From the NCBI GenBank assembly GCA_039588275.1, contig JBDHAC010000016.1, positions 1 to 64,000 of the forward strand: 64,000 nucleotides of DNA. The letters are read 5' to 3'. A program made the translations under genes and the position numbers. The notes beneath the pieces were generated by a model. It did no database searches. It was not told the DNA's origin and worked only from the letters and a program-made list of their open reading frames with translations. Source of the DNA: Gemmatimonadota bacterium. Lineage in GTDB: Bacteria > Gemmatimonadota > Gemmatimonadetes > Palauibacterales > Palauibacteraceae. Shown piece by piece: positions 54,985-64,000 of this stretch (its first letter is position 1; each line of letters begins with the position of its first letter).

Positions 54985-57930
54985 CTACGAGCCCGCCGCC
55001 TCCTGCGCGACGGTCTCCTCTTCCTCTGAAGGTCGCTCGGGCCATCCGGCACGCAGGTCGTTCCAGTGGAGCATCGTGTTGAACACGAGCGCGTGACTGC
55101 CGGAGGTCTCGAGGCGCCAGAACGGGTTGGTGGCGAACAACACGACGTGCCCCTCACCCACAGGCACGTCGACCACCGCAGGGGTGCCCGCGATCTCGCT
55201 CTCGCCTCGCAGCATACCGCTCATCAGCACGTCTTCCTCGGCGAAGCGCACCACGACGCGCGGCACCTCCTTCTCCCACGTCTCGTCCTTGAGCCAATCA
55301 GGCACCGCGTTGCTCCCCAGCCCGTCGTCAACCTCGAACACCGGTCGCTGGTTGAAGTAGGAGGCGAACGACTCGGGGTATCCGTACGCGATGGGGCTGG
55401 CGTCGTCGTGTACCACCGTCTTGAGCACGGTGCCGCGCGCCGTCAGCTGCCTGGTCGTCTCGATGCTCACGCGTCGGGTGAGCGCCATGTCGATGGGGAG
55501 CGCGGTCGTCGCACCCGCGGTGAGGAAGACGCCCCCGCGCCGGAGAAAATCGCGCAGGTGCACGAGGCCCTCGAACCCCATGCCCCGGCGCATGTCGTCG
55601 GTTTCGTCGATGAGACCGAGAGACGGATACTCCGGCGAGCTCTGCCACGGGATCGCCGGACCGGCCTCCGTGGTCCCCTGCACGAGCGCACGCGGGTTGG
55701 CCCGACTCCCCGGCATGATCACCACGTCGTACGCCGACAGGTCGTCGGTCCGAAGATCCTGTTCGGAGAGGTACGTGTACGGGATTCCACGCCGGTCGAA
55801 GACGAGCCGCCACCACCCCGCGTCCTGCGGTGTCGAGACCCACGTATGGACGAGTGCCACGCGCGGCACGTCCAGATCGTGCGTGGCCACGTCGGGTCGC
55901 GAGGCTACGCCGCGGATCATGATGCCGAGGTCCGACGCAGCGGCGTCGAGCCGCTCTGCCAGATCTTCCGGGTTTCCGGCGGCGGGAATCACGAAGCTCC
56001 CGGCTGCGTAGGTTCGCCCGTCTGCCTCGAACGAGCCCTCGGCGGCCTCCATGGCCACATCCGCCAACCGGAAGCGCAGGACCGTGACCTGGTCATCGGT
56101 CGAGTTCTCGACCAGATAGAAGGGGCTGCCGGCTGCGACCAACGCGCCACCCAACACCACCGGCTGCTCGAGCGGCTGCACCGCCGCCTCCAGGATGGAC
56201 GGATCGGCCACGGCGTGCGCCTCGACGTCGTGCAGGTACGGAAGTGTCCACCCCGTGTCGTCGTACGGCGGGGTCGCATCCGCCGGGAAGTTCTGCTTCG
56301 CGAGCAGGATCTGGACGAGGTTCCGGTATGGCTGATCCATGCGGATCACGTACGCCCCGCGCGAGGCCGAACCGCCACCGCCGGCGCCCACTTCGTCCGC
56401 ACTTGCCTCGGCTCCCTCGCTGCCCGCGGCGTCCGCGCTGGCCCCGGCTTCCCCGCTCGCCTCCGCGTCGGTCGTTCCGTCGCTCCAGCTCAGGTCCTCG
56501 TCGGCGATGTGGACCTCGATCCCCTGCATGTGGAGGAGGTTGGCGAGGTCGGCTGCCGCGTTCATCCGCCGCTGATCGTGCGGGATCACCCACGCATAAG
56601 GTGCCTCGCTCCGCCCGCGCTCGACCGCGCGCTTACCACGCAGGTAGAAGTTCTCGAGGAACTCGTCCCCGTGGTCGGCCACGTACTTGAGCGCGACCAG
56701 GACGCCCGACTGCATGTAGTTCGTGTTGTTCCGCAGTGACCAGACCACCTTCTCCAAGGGCGGGTTCGGCCGGTACCACTGGCGCGAGGTCGCGCGCGCG
56801 GGCAGCTCGCGCTCGCGGGTATCCGCTCCCCTGTTCCCAAGCGTCTCGTAGAAGCGCCCGATCGAGTTGCGGGTGTTCGCGATCCACATGAGATAGTTGG
56901 CGGCCCACCCCGTGTAGAACGCGTGCGTCCACACACCCGGCATTCCCCGTTTCGTGAGCTCGGTCACCTCCTCGTGCGCCAGGTTGTGCCACTCGTCGAT
57001 CGTCAGCGCGTCGAGCTGCTCGTTGTAGGGTCCCGAGCCGGTGGAGGTGTACAGGAAGTAGCCCGACTCGTGCAGGTCGTGCATCACGGTCGGCTTCCAA
57101 TGCAGGTAGGCGTTCAGGATGTTGCGGGTGAGCGCGAGCCCGAAGCCGTTCCCATCCCGGTTGTTGTCGTGCGCGACGTACTTCCCCCAGTAGCGTAGAG
57201 AGGGGCCCACGCCATCGTTGGCCTTCCGGTAGCGGTACGTGTCCACCATGCGGTCACGGCCGTCGGGCTCGGTGGCCGGGACGATGATCGTGATGGCGTT
57301 CTCACGGATCGAGCGGATGAACGGCGTCTCTTCCACCGCGAGCCGGTAGGCGAGCTCCATGACCATCTCGGGCGGGCCCGTCTCGGGCGAGTGCAGTCCG
57401 GCGGTGATGTAATAGACTGGCTTCGCGCCGCCGATGATCTGCCTTGCGTCGTCGTCCGAGAGAGAGCGCGGGTCCGCGAGCCGGTTGAGGGCCGTCCGGT
57501 ATCTCTCGAGGCTCGCGACAGTCGCCTCGTCAGCGATCACGACCTCGATCATCTCCCGGTCCTCTTCCGTCCGTCCGATGGAGTGCACCTCCACGCGCGG
57601 AGACACGGCCGCCAGCGCGCGCATGTAGCCGTAAATCTCCTCGGTGGAGTGGAGGATATCCGGAGCCCCGATGACCGTCCCGAAATGCTGCAGCGGCGAA
57701 GGCACCGTCTCGGACACGGGCAGGTGATCCACCAGCTCGTTCAGGAACCGCTCGTCGGTCGTGTACTCGCGGATCTTCTCCGCGTAGGCTTCGTCGTTTC
57801 GCTGCTGCGCCAGCGCGGCCGGGGCGGTACCAGCCCCCACGAACCCCAGCACCAGGCAAAGCCCGAGAGCGTGACCGTTGATGCGAGAACCGAGCAGACT
57901 GCCTGTGACGAAAGCAGGTCGCGTACGCAT
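54985..57930 (-). CDS. Secreted M14-family zinc carboxypeptidase-like protein
   Basis: Signal peptide; HSPE, PDG, HDNNRD, HDLHE. Confidence 0.88.
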   Translation of the reverse strand: MRTRPAFVTGSLLGSRINGHALGLCLVLGFVGAGTAPAALAQQRNDEAYAEKIREYTTDERFLNELVDHLPVSETVPSPLQHFGTVIGAPDILHSTEEIYGYMRALAAVSPRVEVHSIGRTEEDREMIEVVIADEATVASLERYRTALNRLADPRSLSDDDARQIIGGAKPVYYITAGLHSPETGPPEMVMELAYRLAVEETPFIRSIRENAITIIVPATEPDGRDRMVDTYRYRKANDGVGPSLRYWGKYVAHDNNRDGNGFGLALTRNILNAYLHWKPTVMHDLHESGYFLYTSTGSGPYNEQLDALTIDEWHNLAHEEVTELTKRGMPGVWTHAFYTGWAANYLMWIANTRNSIGRFYETLGNRGADTRERELPARATSRQWYRPNPPLEKVVWSLRNNTNYMQSGVLVALKYVADHGDEFLENFYLRGKRAVERGRSEAPYAWVIPHDQRRMNAAADLANLLHMQGIEVHIADEDLSWSDGTTDAEASGEAGASADAAGSEGAEASADEVGAGGGGSASRGAYVIRMDQPYRNLVQILLAKQNFPADATPPYDDTGWTLPYLHDVEAHAVADPSILEAAVQPLEQPVVLGGALVAAGSPFYLVENSTDDQVTVLRFRLADVAMEAAEGSFEADGRTYAAGSFVIPAAGNPEDLAERLDAAASDLGIMIRGVASRPDVATHDLDVPRVALVHTWVSTPQDAGWWRLVFDRRGIPYTYLSEQDLRTDDLSAYDVVIMPGSRANPRALVQGTTEAGPAIPWQSSPEYPSLGLIDETDDMRRGMGFEGLVHLRDFLRRGGVFLTAGATTALPIDMALTRRVSIETTRQLTARGTVLKTVVHDDASPIAYGYPESFASYFNQRPVFEVDDGLGSNAVPDWLKDETWEKEVPRVVVRFAEEDVLMSGMLRGESEIAGTPAVVDVPVGEGHVVLFATNPFWRLETSGSHALVFNTMLHWNDLRAGWPERPSEEEETVAQEAAGS

Positions 57931-58057
57931 GGAACCTCCGGGTGGGGGTGGCAAGATCGACCCAATGTAGATTTACTCGGTGGAAGGCTACAAGCTGGAA
58001 GTCGGGCGAGGGCCACGAAGCCGATGTCGGTACGGGCCGGAAGCGGGGCGTGAACGC

Positions 58058-58981
58058 ATGATCAACCGATTCGCGAACCCTGGCGAGCGCTTCGAAGCCG
58101 CCGTAGAGGCCGTCATCGGCGGAGACGCGGAGATGCTGCGGGCACTCCTGCACGAGGACCCCTCGCTCGCGACGGCCCGCTCCACCCGCGAGCACCGGGC
58201 GACGCTGCTCCACTATGTCGCCGCGAACGGGGTCGAGGACGAGCGTCAACGAACGCCCTCGAACGCCGTCGAGATCGCTCGCATGATCGTCGACGCCGGG
58301 GCCGACCCGAACGCGACGGCCGAGTTCTACGGTGGTGGCCCCGGCTCCACGGCGCTCGTGGCGCTGGTCTCGAGCGGGCACCCGTACGACGCCGGAGTGC
58401 AGGAAGAGCTGGTGGAAGTCTTCTGCAGGGCGCCCGAGGTACTCCCCGACGGCATCGAGGCGGATGGCTATCCGATGGCCACCGCGTTCGCCTTCTACTA
58501 TCCAGGGGCGGCCGCGGCGCTGGCTCGTTCCGGTGCGGCCGTGGACAACATCGTCCACGCCGCCGGGCTCGGGCGGCTCGACCTGGTGGCGGGCTTCCTG
58601 GCTGACTCGGCGACTTCCGGCGAGCCCGGGCTACGAGCGGACCACGGCCCTTACCGCGGCTGCTACGACTTCCAGCTCGACGACCCGAAGGCCATCCTCG
58701 AGCTGGCGCTCGTGTACGCGGCTCTGGGCGGGCATCTGGAGGTCGTCGAATTCCTTCACGCCCGAGGTGTGGACCTGAGCGCGGGACCTCACTCGAACGA
58801 GACCGGGCTCCACCTGGCCGCGTTCCGCGACCACATGGACGTGGTCCGGTACCTGGTCGAGAACGGAGCCGATACGGCGGTACGAGACAGGCGCTGGAAC
58901 TCGTATCCGTTGGGGTGGGCGATCGCCGGACGTAACTTCGCCGTCCGCGACTACCTGATGGAGCACACGCCGATCGATTGA
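58058..58981 (+). CDS. Ankyrin-repeat protein
   Basis: TLLHYVA, GADPNA, GHLEVVEFL, TGLHLAA..VVRYLVENGAD. Confidence 0.88.
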   Translation: MINRFANPGERFEAAVEAVIGGDAEMLRALLHEDPSLATARSTREHRATLLHYVAANGVEDERQRTPSNAVEIARMIVDAGADPNATAEFYGGGPGSTALVALVSSGHPYDAGVQEELVEVFCRAPEVLPDGIEADGYPMATAFAFYYPGAAAALARSGAAVDNIVHAAGLGRLDLVAGFLADSATSGEPGLRADHGPYRGCYDFQLDDPKAILELALVYAALGGHLEVVEFLHARGVDLSAGPHSNETGLHLAAFRDHMDVVRYLVENGADTAVRDRRWNSYPLGWAIAGRNFAVRDYLMEHTPID

Positions 58982-59098
58982 GGCTGCAGTCCAAGGCCGG
59001 CCAGGCCCTGTGGCGCCGCACTCCAAGGCCGGCCGCGCCCCGCGGCTCCGCTTGTCAGGGTAGACCGCGCATGGCGCCCCTCCCGTCGCCAGGACCCA

Positions 59099-59590
59099 TC
59101 ACTCTGTGCCGCGATGGCGGCGGAGCCGTCTCTCTGCAAACGCGGCCGCGACGTCGGGCCACACCATCCAGTATTCGCTCAAGTCGACAGCACCGTGGCG
59201 GGCATAGAATGCCCGTGCGGTTGCGTTGTCCGGTTCCACATCAACGCAGATTCGCGACGCTTTTTCCTCGGCAAACCAGGAGGCCAGCAGGGCCAGCAGC
59301 TCCCTGGCGATCCCCTTCCTTCGATGCTCCGGGACCACGTAGAGGTATTGCAGCTCGCCGTCACAGTCGTAGCGTCGCGTGAGGTGACCCCCGATGTAGC
59401 CGATGACCGAGTCCTCTTCCAGGCAGACGAACATGACTCGGGGTTCGAGGGCGTGTTGCGGGTGGTGCTCACACGCCAGGTATAGGGCCATGCGTGGGTC
59501 CGCGGGTCCGGCGCGGGGATCCTCGACCCGACAGCGCACCATCTGGGGAACGTCGGCCAGCGTGCCCTGTCGGTAGCTGACGGCGCTCAT
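59099..59590 (-). CDS. GNAT-family N-acetyltransferase
   Basis: LYVVPEHRRKGIA, N..ARAFYARHG. Confidence 0.88.
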   Translation of the reverse strand: MSAVSYRQGTLADVPQMVRCRVEDPRAGPADPRMALYLACEHHPQHALEPRVMFVCLEEDSVIGYIGGHLTRRYDCDGELQYLYVVPEHRRKGIARELLALLASWFAEEKASRICVDVEPDNATARAFYARHGAVDLSEYWMVWPDVAAAFAERRLRRHRGTE

Positions 59591-59762
59591 CTCTTACTCA
59601 TCAACGACGTAACGCCACAGCCAACCGAGCATGGCCTCCGCACTCCCGTCCGCGATACAAGGCCTGTCGCCTGGTTTTCATGTGCATCCGATGTCGACAC
59701 ATGCTTCCTCGTTTTGGCGGCACGCAGTCTAGACGGCTCGTCGCGGCGTCTTCGGGGACCGG

Positions 59763-61073
59763 CTAGCGCGACGGCCCCCCAGCGGTTCGCAGCGCCCTGA
59801 ACAGAGCACCCATCCATTGCAGAATCATCCACAGGACCGTCACTGCCAGTCCCACTCCCGCCAGCACCATGACGAGCGGGAACACCTCCAACAACGGCGA
59901 GGGATCCGGTGCCGATGCACCCAGGTAGCGGGCCCAGCCGACCGCCGCGCCGCGCGCCAGGTAGGAGAGCAGGAAGACGAGCAGGAAGAGGTTGATCAGC
60001 GGGATCGCGACCCGGAAGCGACGTCGGCCGATCGTGGGATGATCGGGGCCCAACACCTCCTCGAGGAGGCACGTGAGCGCCGCCCACAGGATCATCGAGT
60101 CGATCCCGATCATGGCCCCCATCGAGTGAGCCACCACGACGTGCGTCCCGTGGATCAGCGCGTTCAGCGGCGGGATGGCGATGGCGATCGCGATGACGAG
60201 CATCAAGAAGGTCCACAACGTGCCCGACCGAATGAGGCGATCCGCGACGGGCCGGTCCGCCGAGCGCGTCTTCCGCATCATGCGGATCAGATCCAGGAAC
60301 ACCTTCGCCAGAATGATCGTCTCCAGCATGCTTACGACGAAGCTCACCCAGTGGATCCAGGGGCTTTGAGGCAGGTGGTAGGTGTGGTGGCCGTAGTTGG
60401 TGAACGTGTTCAGCAGGCCGATGAAGAAGAGGGCGAACGCCGTACGGGAGTGGGCATACCGCTCACTCCCGCTGATACACGCCGCGATGTACATGAGCGA
60501 GCCGTACGCGAGCAGATTGAACGAGCCCACCAGGGTGCCGGCGGATTTCCACTGGATCGCCAGATCGCGAAGCGGCCGCTCGCTTACGAAGTCGAGCAGA
60601 TAAAGGTGACCTTCGGTGTAGGTGACGAGGAAGAATGGGATCCCGACCGACCACATGTACACGTAGGCCGGCTTCCCCCTCAGGCGGCAATCGCCCCGCC
60701 CGAAGAAATTCCACACGAATAGGATCCACCCGGCCACGATCAGCCCTGCGAAGACCGGGTGGTACCCGAGATACTCCCTGCCCGAGAACCGTCCGCCGAG
60801 CAGGGTGACGACGATCCCGGCCCCGGCGGCCGTCCACAGGCCGACGTGCCAGGCGATGCGGCGCCGCACGGCGGGCGAGAACGGCCCGAACGTCCGGTAC
60901 AGGTACAGGTAGACGATCGCCACCCCGCCAAGAAACACCCAGGCGAAGGCGGAGGTCGCGTGGATGGGACGCGTGACGGCGCACGCGGCCAGGGCCAGAA
61001 GCGCGAGCCACGCGAGCGGGCGGACTTCCGCTCGGGCGCGTCCCGGCCTCGGGGCGGCGTTGCTCGAGCTCAT
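59763..61073 (-). CDS. Divergent heme-copper oxidase superfamily subunit I (NorB-like)
   Basis: RPIH, GREY, GHH, SMLE, N..HGT....AHSM; many TM helices; ATGA overlap with the cytochrome c gene. Confidence 0.85.
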   Translation of the reverse strand: MSSSNAAPRPGRARAEVRPLAWLALLALAACAVTRPIHATSAFAWVFLGGVAIVYLYLYRTFGPFSPAVRRRIAWHVGLWTAAGAGIVVTLLGGRFSGREYLGYHPVFAGLIVAGWILFVWNFFGRGDCRLRGKPAYVYMWSVGIPFFLVTYTEGHLYLLDFVSERPLRDLAIQWKSAGTLVGSFNLLAYGSLMYIAACISGSERYAHSRTAFALFFIGLLNTFTNYGHHTYHLPQSPWIHWVSFVVSMLETIILAKVFLDLIRMMRKTRSADRPVADRLIRSGTLWTFLMLVIAIAIAIPPLNALIHGTHVVVAHSMGAMIGIDSMILWAALTCLLEEVLGPDHPTIGRRRFRVAIPLINLFLLVFLLSYLARGAAVGWARYLGASAPDPSPLLEVFPLVMVLAGVGLAVTVLWMILQWMGALFRALRTAGGPSR

Positions 61074-61852
61074 CGGTACTCGAACCAGGGCACGGTGCTC
61101 CAGGAGAAGTCTTCGTGCTCCAGAAGCGAGTCGTTGAGCCGTACAAGCTCGGACCGGTTCGACGAGATCCACTCCAGATAGGCAGTGAGCCCCTGAACTT
61201 CCTCGTCGGTCAACTCGAATGGCGGCATGTTCCTGAGTCCGGCATCCAGCACGGCCCTGAGCGCCGGAACCGAGCGGTCGATCGAGCTCCGCGACAGATC
61301 GGGCGCCCGCATCTGACCGTCCATGAACGGCACGTGACAGGCGCCGCACCCGCGCGCGGTCCACACCTCGAGTCCGCGTCGGGCGGTCGCGTCCATGACC
61401 CCGCCGCCCTCTCGAGCCCACTCGTCCGCGATGCGCTCGAAGTGTGCGATCGGCGACACACCCTCGATGGTGGCGAGCGGCGTGGGTTGGGATTGTCCGG
61501 TTCGGTTGACGGCTCGGAGGAAGGCCAGGACCGCCTCCTGATCGGCTGCGGGCATCCGGAACGCCGGCATTTGGCGTGCGCCATCGTCGAGGACCGCGCG
61601 GAACTCAGCGTCCGGCGTCGCCTCCGTGACCCGGTTCGTGAGATCGGGTCCCAAGAAGCCACCGAATCCGTAGATTTGGTGGCACGCCTGGCAGTTGTTG
61701 CCGCGCCACACGGCCAGCCCGCGTCGTTCGAGATCCGTCAGTGGCGGGTCTGACACACGCCGCGGGAAATCCGTGTAGGCCACTACCGAGAGACCGATAT
61801 AGGCCACCACCAGACCTGCGAGGATAGCCTCGCAACGGGCGGGTTTTCTCAC
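61070..61852 (-). CDS. Membrane-anchored di-heme cytochrome c (NorC-like; start approximate)
   Basis: TM anchor; CQACHQIYGFGGFLGPDLTN..MP; second domain CGACH..APDLS..MP. Confidence 0.88.
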   Translation of the reverse strand: MRKPARCEAILAGLVVAYIGLSVVAYTDFPRRVSDPPLTDLERRGLAVWRGNNCQACHQIYGFGGFLGPDLTNRVTEATPDAEFRAVLDDGARQMPAFRMPAADQEAVLAFLRAVNRTGQSQPTPLATIEGVSPIAHFERIADEWAREGGGVMDATARRGLEVWTARGCGACHVPFMDGQMRAPDLSRSSIDRSVPALRAVLDAGLRNMPPFELTDEEVQGLTAYLEWISSNRSELVRLNDSLLEHEDFSWSTVPWFEYR

Positions 61853-61952
61853 TGCGGGTTGGAGATACTGTGAGCCAAGGCGTGACCCCCATGAGTCGGA
61901 AGCTGGGGAATCTAGTGCCGGCGGGAGAAGGGCTTCAAGAAGGCGGTGCATC

Positions 61953-63548
61953 GTGCCGACCCTGAGTCAGCTCCGCATGTACCGACGCTTTCTGTTCGGG
62001 CTCCGGGACTTCATGCGGGAGAGGAGCACGCTGGAAGAGGTTCAGGCCGGCGTTCGAGACCGCCTGGCGCGACGGGAGGACAACCTCCTCCGTGTCGCCG
62101 AACGGGGCTTGTTCGGCCACCCGAAGAGCCCTTATCTGCCGTTGTTTCGTCACGCCGGTTGTGAGCTGGGCGATTTCAAGGCGCTGGTACGGGCGAGCGG
62201 GGTCGATGGGGCGCTTCGGACGCTCAGGGAGGCGGGCGTCTACTTTACGTTTGAAGAGATCAAAGGCAGAGAACCGGTCGTGCGGGGTGGCCGGGAGATT
62301 GCCGTGGACCCCTCCGACTTCGACAACCCCCACCTGAGCCGCTACTACCAACGGGCGAGCGGGGGCACAACCGGACCCGCAACCCGGGTGTCGACCGATC
62401 TAGAGCACCTGTCCCGCGAGGCGTGGCATCGGATGCTGGTTCTGGATGCGCATGGAGTGCTGGGAGCCCCGTACGCGATCTGGCGGCCGGAGCTCCCCGG
62501 AAGCGGTCTGAATGCGGTGCTGCGGGCGGCCCACATCGGCTACCCGGCCTGGAGGTGGTTCACACCGTTGATTCCGGGTGACCTGAAGCCGCCTCTCCGG
62601 TTTCGTCTCGCGAACACCGCGACCGTCGCGTTGGGGCGGGCGTTCGGAGGCACCATCCCGTGGCCGGAACCGGTGGCTCTTCATGAAGCGGGACGGATCG
62701 CACGGTGGGTCGCCGGGATGGTGAGCGAGCATGGTCGAGCGCTGCTCAACACGACGGTAAGCAATGGGCTGAGAGTGGGGTTGGCGGCACGCGATGCCGG
62801 GCTCGATCTGACCGGCGCGAAATTCATGATCGCCGGGGAGCCCGCTACACGGGCGAAGGTGGACGGGATCAGGGCGACCGGAGCGACCCACTACACCGAT
62901 TACGGGATGGCCGAAGCCGGACGCCTCGGGCTGGGCTGCGTGAGGCCGGTCGGCGAGAACGACGTTCATGTCCTGACGGATGCGTACGCGGTGGTCGCAT
63001 TCCGGCGCGAAGTCCCGCTCGCCGGAGAGATCGTGACGTCCTTCCACATGACCTCGATCTCCCCCGCCACTCCGAAGCTCCTCCTGAACGTAGAGTTCGA
63101 CGACTTCGGCATCGCGGAGGAGCGTGAGTGCGGGTGCCCGCTGGGGGAGCTCGGACTGACCCTGCACCTGCGCGACATCAGGAGCTTCGGCAAGCTGGTG
63201 GGGGAGGGGGTCTCTCTGGTGGGCAGCGATATGATCCGGATTCTGGAGGAGGTGCTCCCGGCTCGCTTCGGAGGCAGCGCTCTCGACTACCAGCTCGCGG
63301 AGGAGGAGGATGCCGCCGGATTCACACGCCTCGCGCTGGTCATCAGCCCGCGGGTGGACGTCGACGATGAGGAGGCCGTGATCGACGCCATGCTCGAGGC
63401 GCTTGCCCGAACGGACCTCGCCGCGGACGTGGCGCGGGCGTTCTGGGAGCGGGCCGACACGTTCGTCGTGCGCCGCGAGGAGCCGTTCGTGACGGCACGA
63501 GGGAAGCAGATGCCGCTTCGACGGGCGACCCCCGGCCTCGCCCGGTGA
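61953..63548 (+). CDS. Uncharacterised PaaK/GH3-like adenylate-forming protein (paralog of 3857-5455)
   Basis: SGGTTG, AGEP, YGMAE, LNVEFDD..CGC..IRSFGKL, DYQLAE, TARGK. Confidence 0.6.
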   Translation: MPTLSQLRMYRRFLFGLRDFMRERSTLEEVQAGVRDRLARREDNLLRVAERGLFGHPKSPYLPLFRHAGCELGDFKALVRASGVDGALRTLREAGVYFTFEEIKGREPVVRGGREIAVDPSDFDNPHLSRYYQRASGGTTGPATRVSTDLEHLSREAWHRMLVLDAHGVLGAPYAIWRPELPGSGLNAVLRAAHIGYPAWRWFTPLIPGDLKPPLRFRLANTATVALGRAFGGTIPWPEPVALHEAGRIARWVAGMVSEHGRALLNTTVSNGLRVGLAARDAGLDLTGAKFMIAGEPATRAKVDGIRATGATHYTDYGMAEAGRLGLGCVRPVGENDVHVLTDAYAVVAFRREVPLAGEIVTSFHMTSISPATPKLLLNVEFDDFGIAEERECGCPLGELGLTLHLRDIRSFGKLVGEGVSLVGSDMIRILEEVLPARFGGSALDYQLAEEEDAAGFTRLALVISPRVDVDDEEAVIDAMLEALARTDLAADVARAFWERADTFVVRREEPFVTARGKQMPLRRATPGLAR

Positions 63549-64000
63549 CCGGGGTCACGCCTGACGTGGGGAAACTGCAGCTTGTCCCGCGTCGCGAGGC
63601 GCTCCGGCGGCTGCTGACCCTGTGTGGAGCTCCGCTCATGGCTCGCCGGCCGATGCGGCGAGCGCCGGCAGCCCCGGTTGCGTGTGCCGACCTCGAGGGA
63701 AGCAGGATCCGCTGGGTCGTGGGCTATACGCCGGGGGGCGGCTACGATGCCTACTCGCGCCTGATCGAGCCCTTTCTGGAGGGTGAGCTGGCGGCCGAGA
63801 TCTTCGTCGACAACGTGCCTGGGGCGGGCGGGATCGTCGGTGCGCGCACACTCGCCGACGCCCCCGCCGACGGGCGGACCCTGGGCCTCTTCGACGGGTC
63901 GGCGCTCCTCATGGCGAACCGTCGGGGGATCGCGCACGCCCCCGCCGTCGGTGAGGACCTCGTTCCGCTGGGGCGTGTAGCGCGGCTTCGGCCGATCCTG
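63545..64000 (+). CDS. Tripartite tricarboxylate transporter substrate-binding protein (Bug/TctC), partial
   Basis: Manual translation from GTG 63545: IRWVVGYTPGGGYDAYSRL..VDNVPGAGGIVG..APADGRTLG. Not in the ORF track. Confidence 0.85.
   Translation, partial: MTGVTPDVGKLQLVPRREALRRLLTLCGAPLMARRPMRRAPAAPVACADLEGSRIRWVVGYTPGGGYDAYSRLIEPFLEGELAAEIFVDNVPGAGGIVGARTLADAPADGRTLGLFDGSALLMANRRGIAHAPAVGEDLVPLGRVARLRPIL

Noticed and set aside
58986..59034. 17-bp imperfect direct repeat (gca.tccaaggccggcc) after the ankyrin gene
   Set aside because: Only two copies in GC-rich sequence; no function can be supported

Overview
High-GC chromosomal window from a free-living bacterium. Gene content suggests Gemmatimonadota or a similar lineage (inference): secreted S9/M14 peptidases, alpha2-type glyQS, Tat-exported redox enzymes. 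It holds about 55 densely packed CDSs. I found no rRNA, tRNA, CRISPR array, integrase or transposase. Housekeeping genes include dinB, glyQS, nth, queG, corA and rbsK. Four accessory modules stand out. (1) A cNOR-like pair (59763-61852): a di-heme NorC-like cytochrome c plus a NorB-like subunit that lacks the helix-VI His/Glu metal ligands and has Met in place of a low-spin heme His, so it is probably not a canonical NO reductase. (2) A four-gene biosynthetic operon (45706-49631): methyltransferase, FAD oxidoreductase, TcmN-like cyclase and a lone ketosynthase, with no ACP or chain-length factor. (3) A Tat-exported two-domain multicopper oxidase coupled to a ZIP transporter, behind a promoter with a DtxR/MntR-like palindrome (49878-52457). 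(4) A fatty-acid desaturase with an 11-residue-periodic helical tail. Smaller observations include genes missed by the ORF track (a MetS-like microprotein, a PKD-repeat lipoprotein, a partial TctC), a frameshifted GxGD-type membrane protein, several short tandem repeats, a REP-doublet-like element and a candidate structured leader RNA. All family assignments come from motif recognition by eye; no database searches were run.
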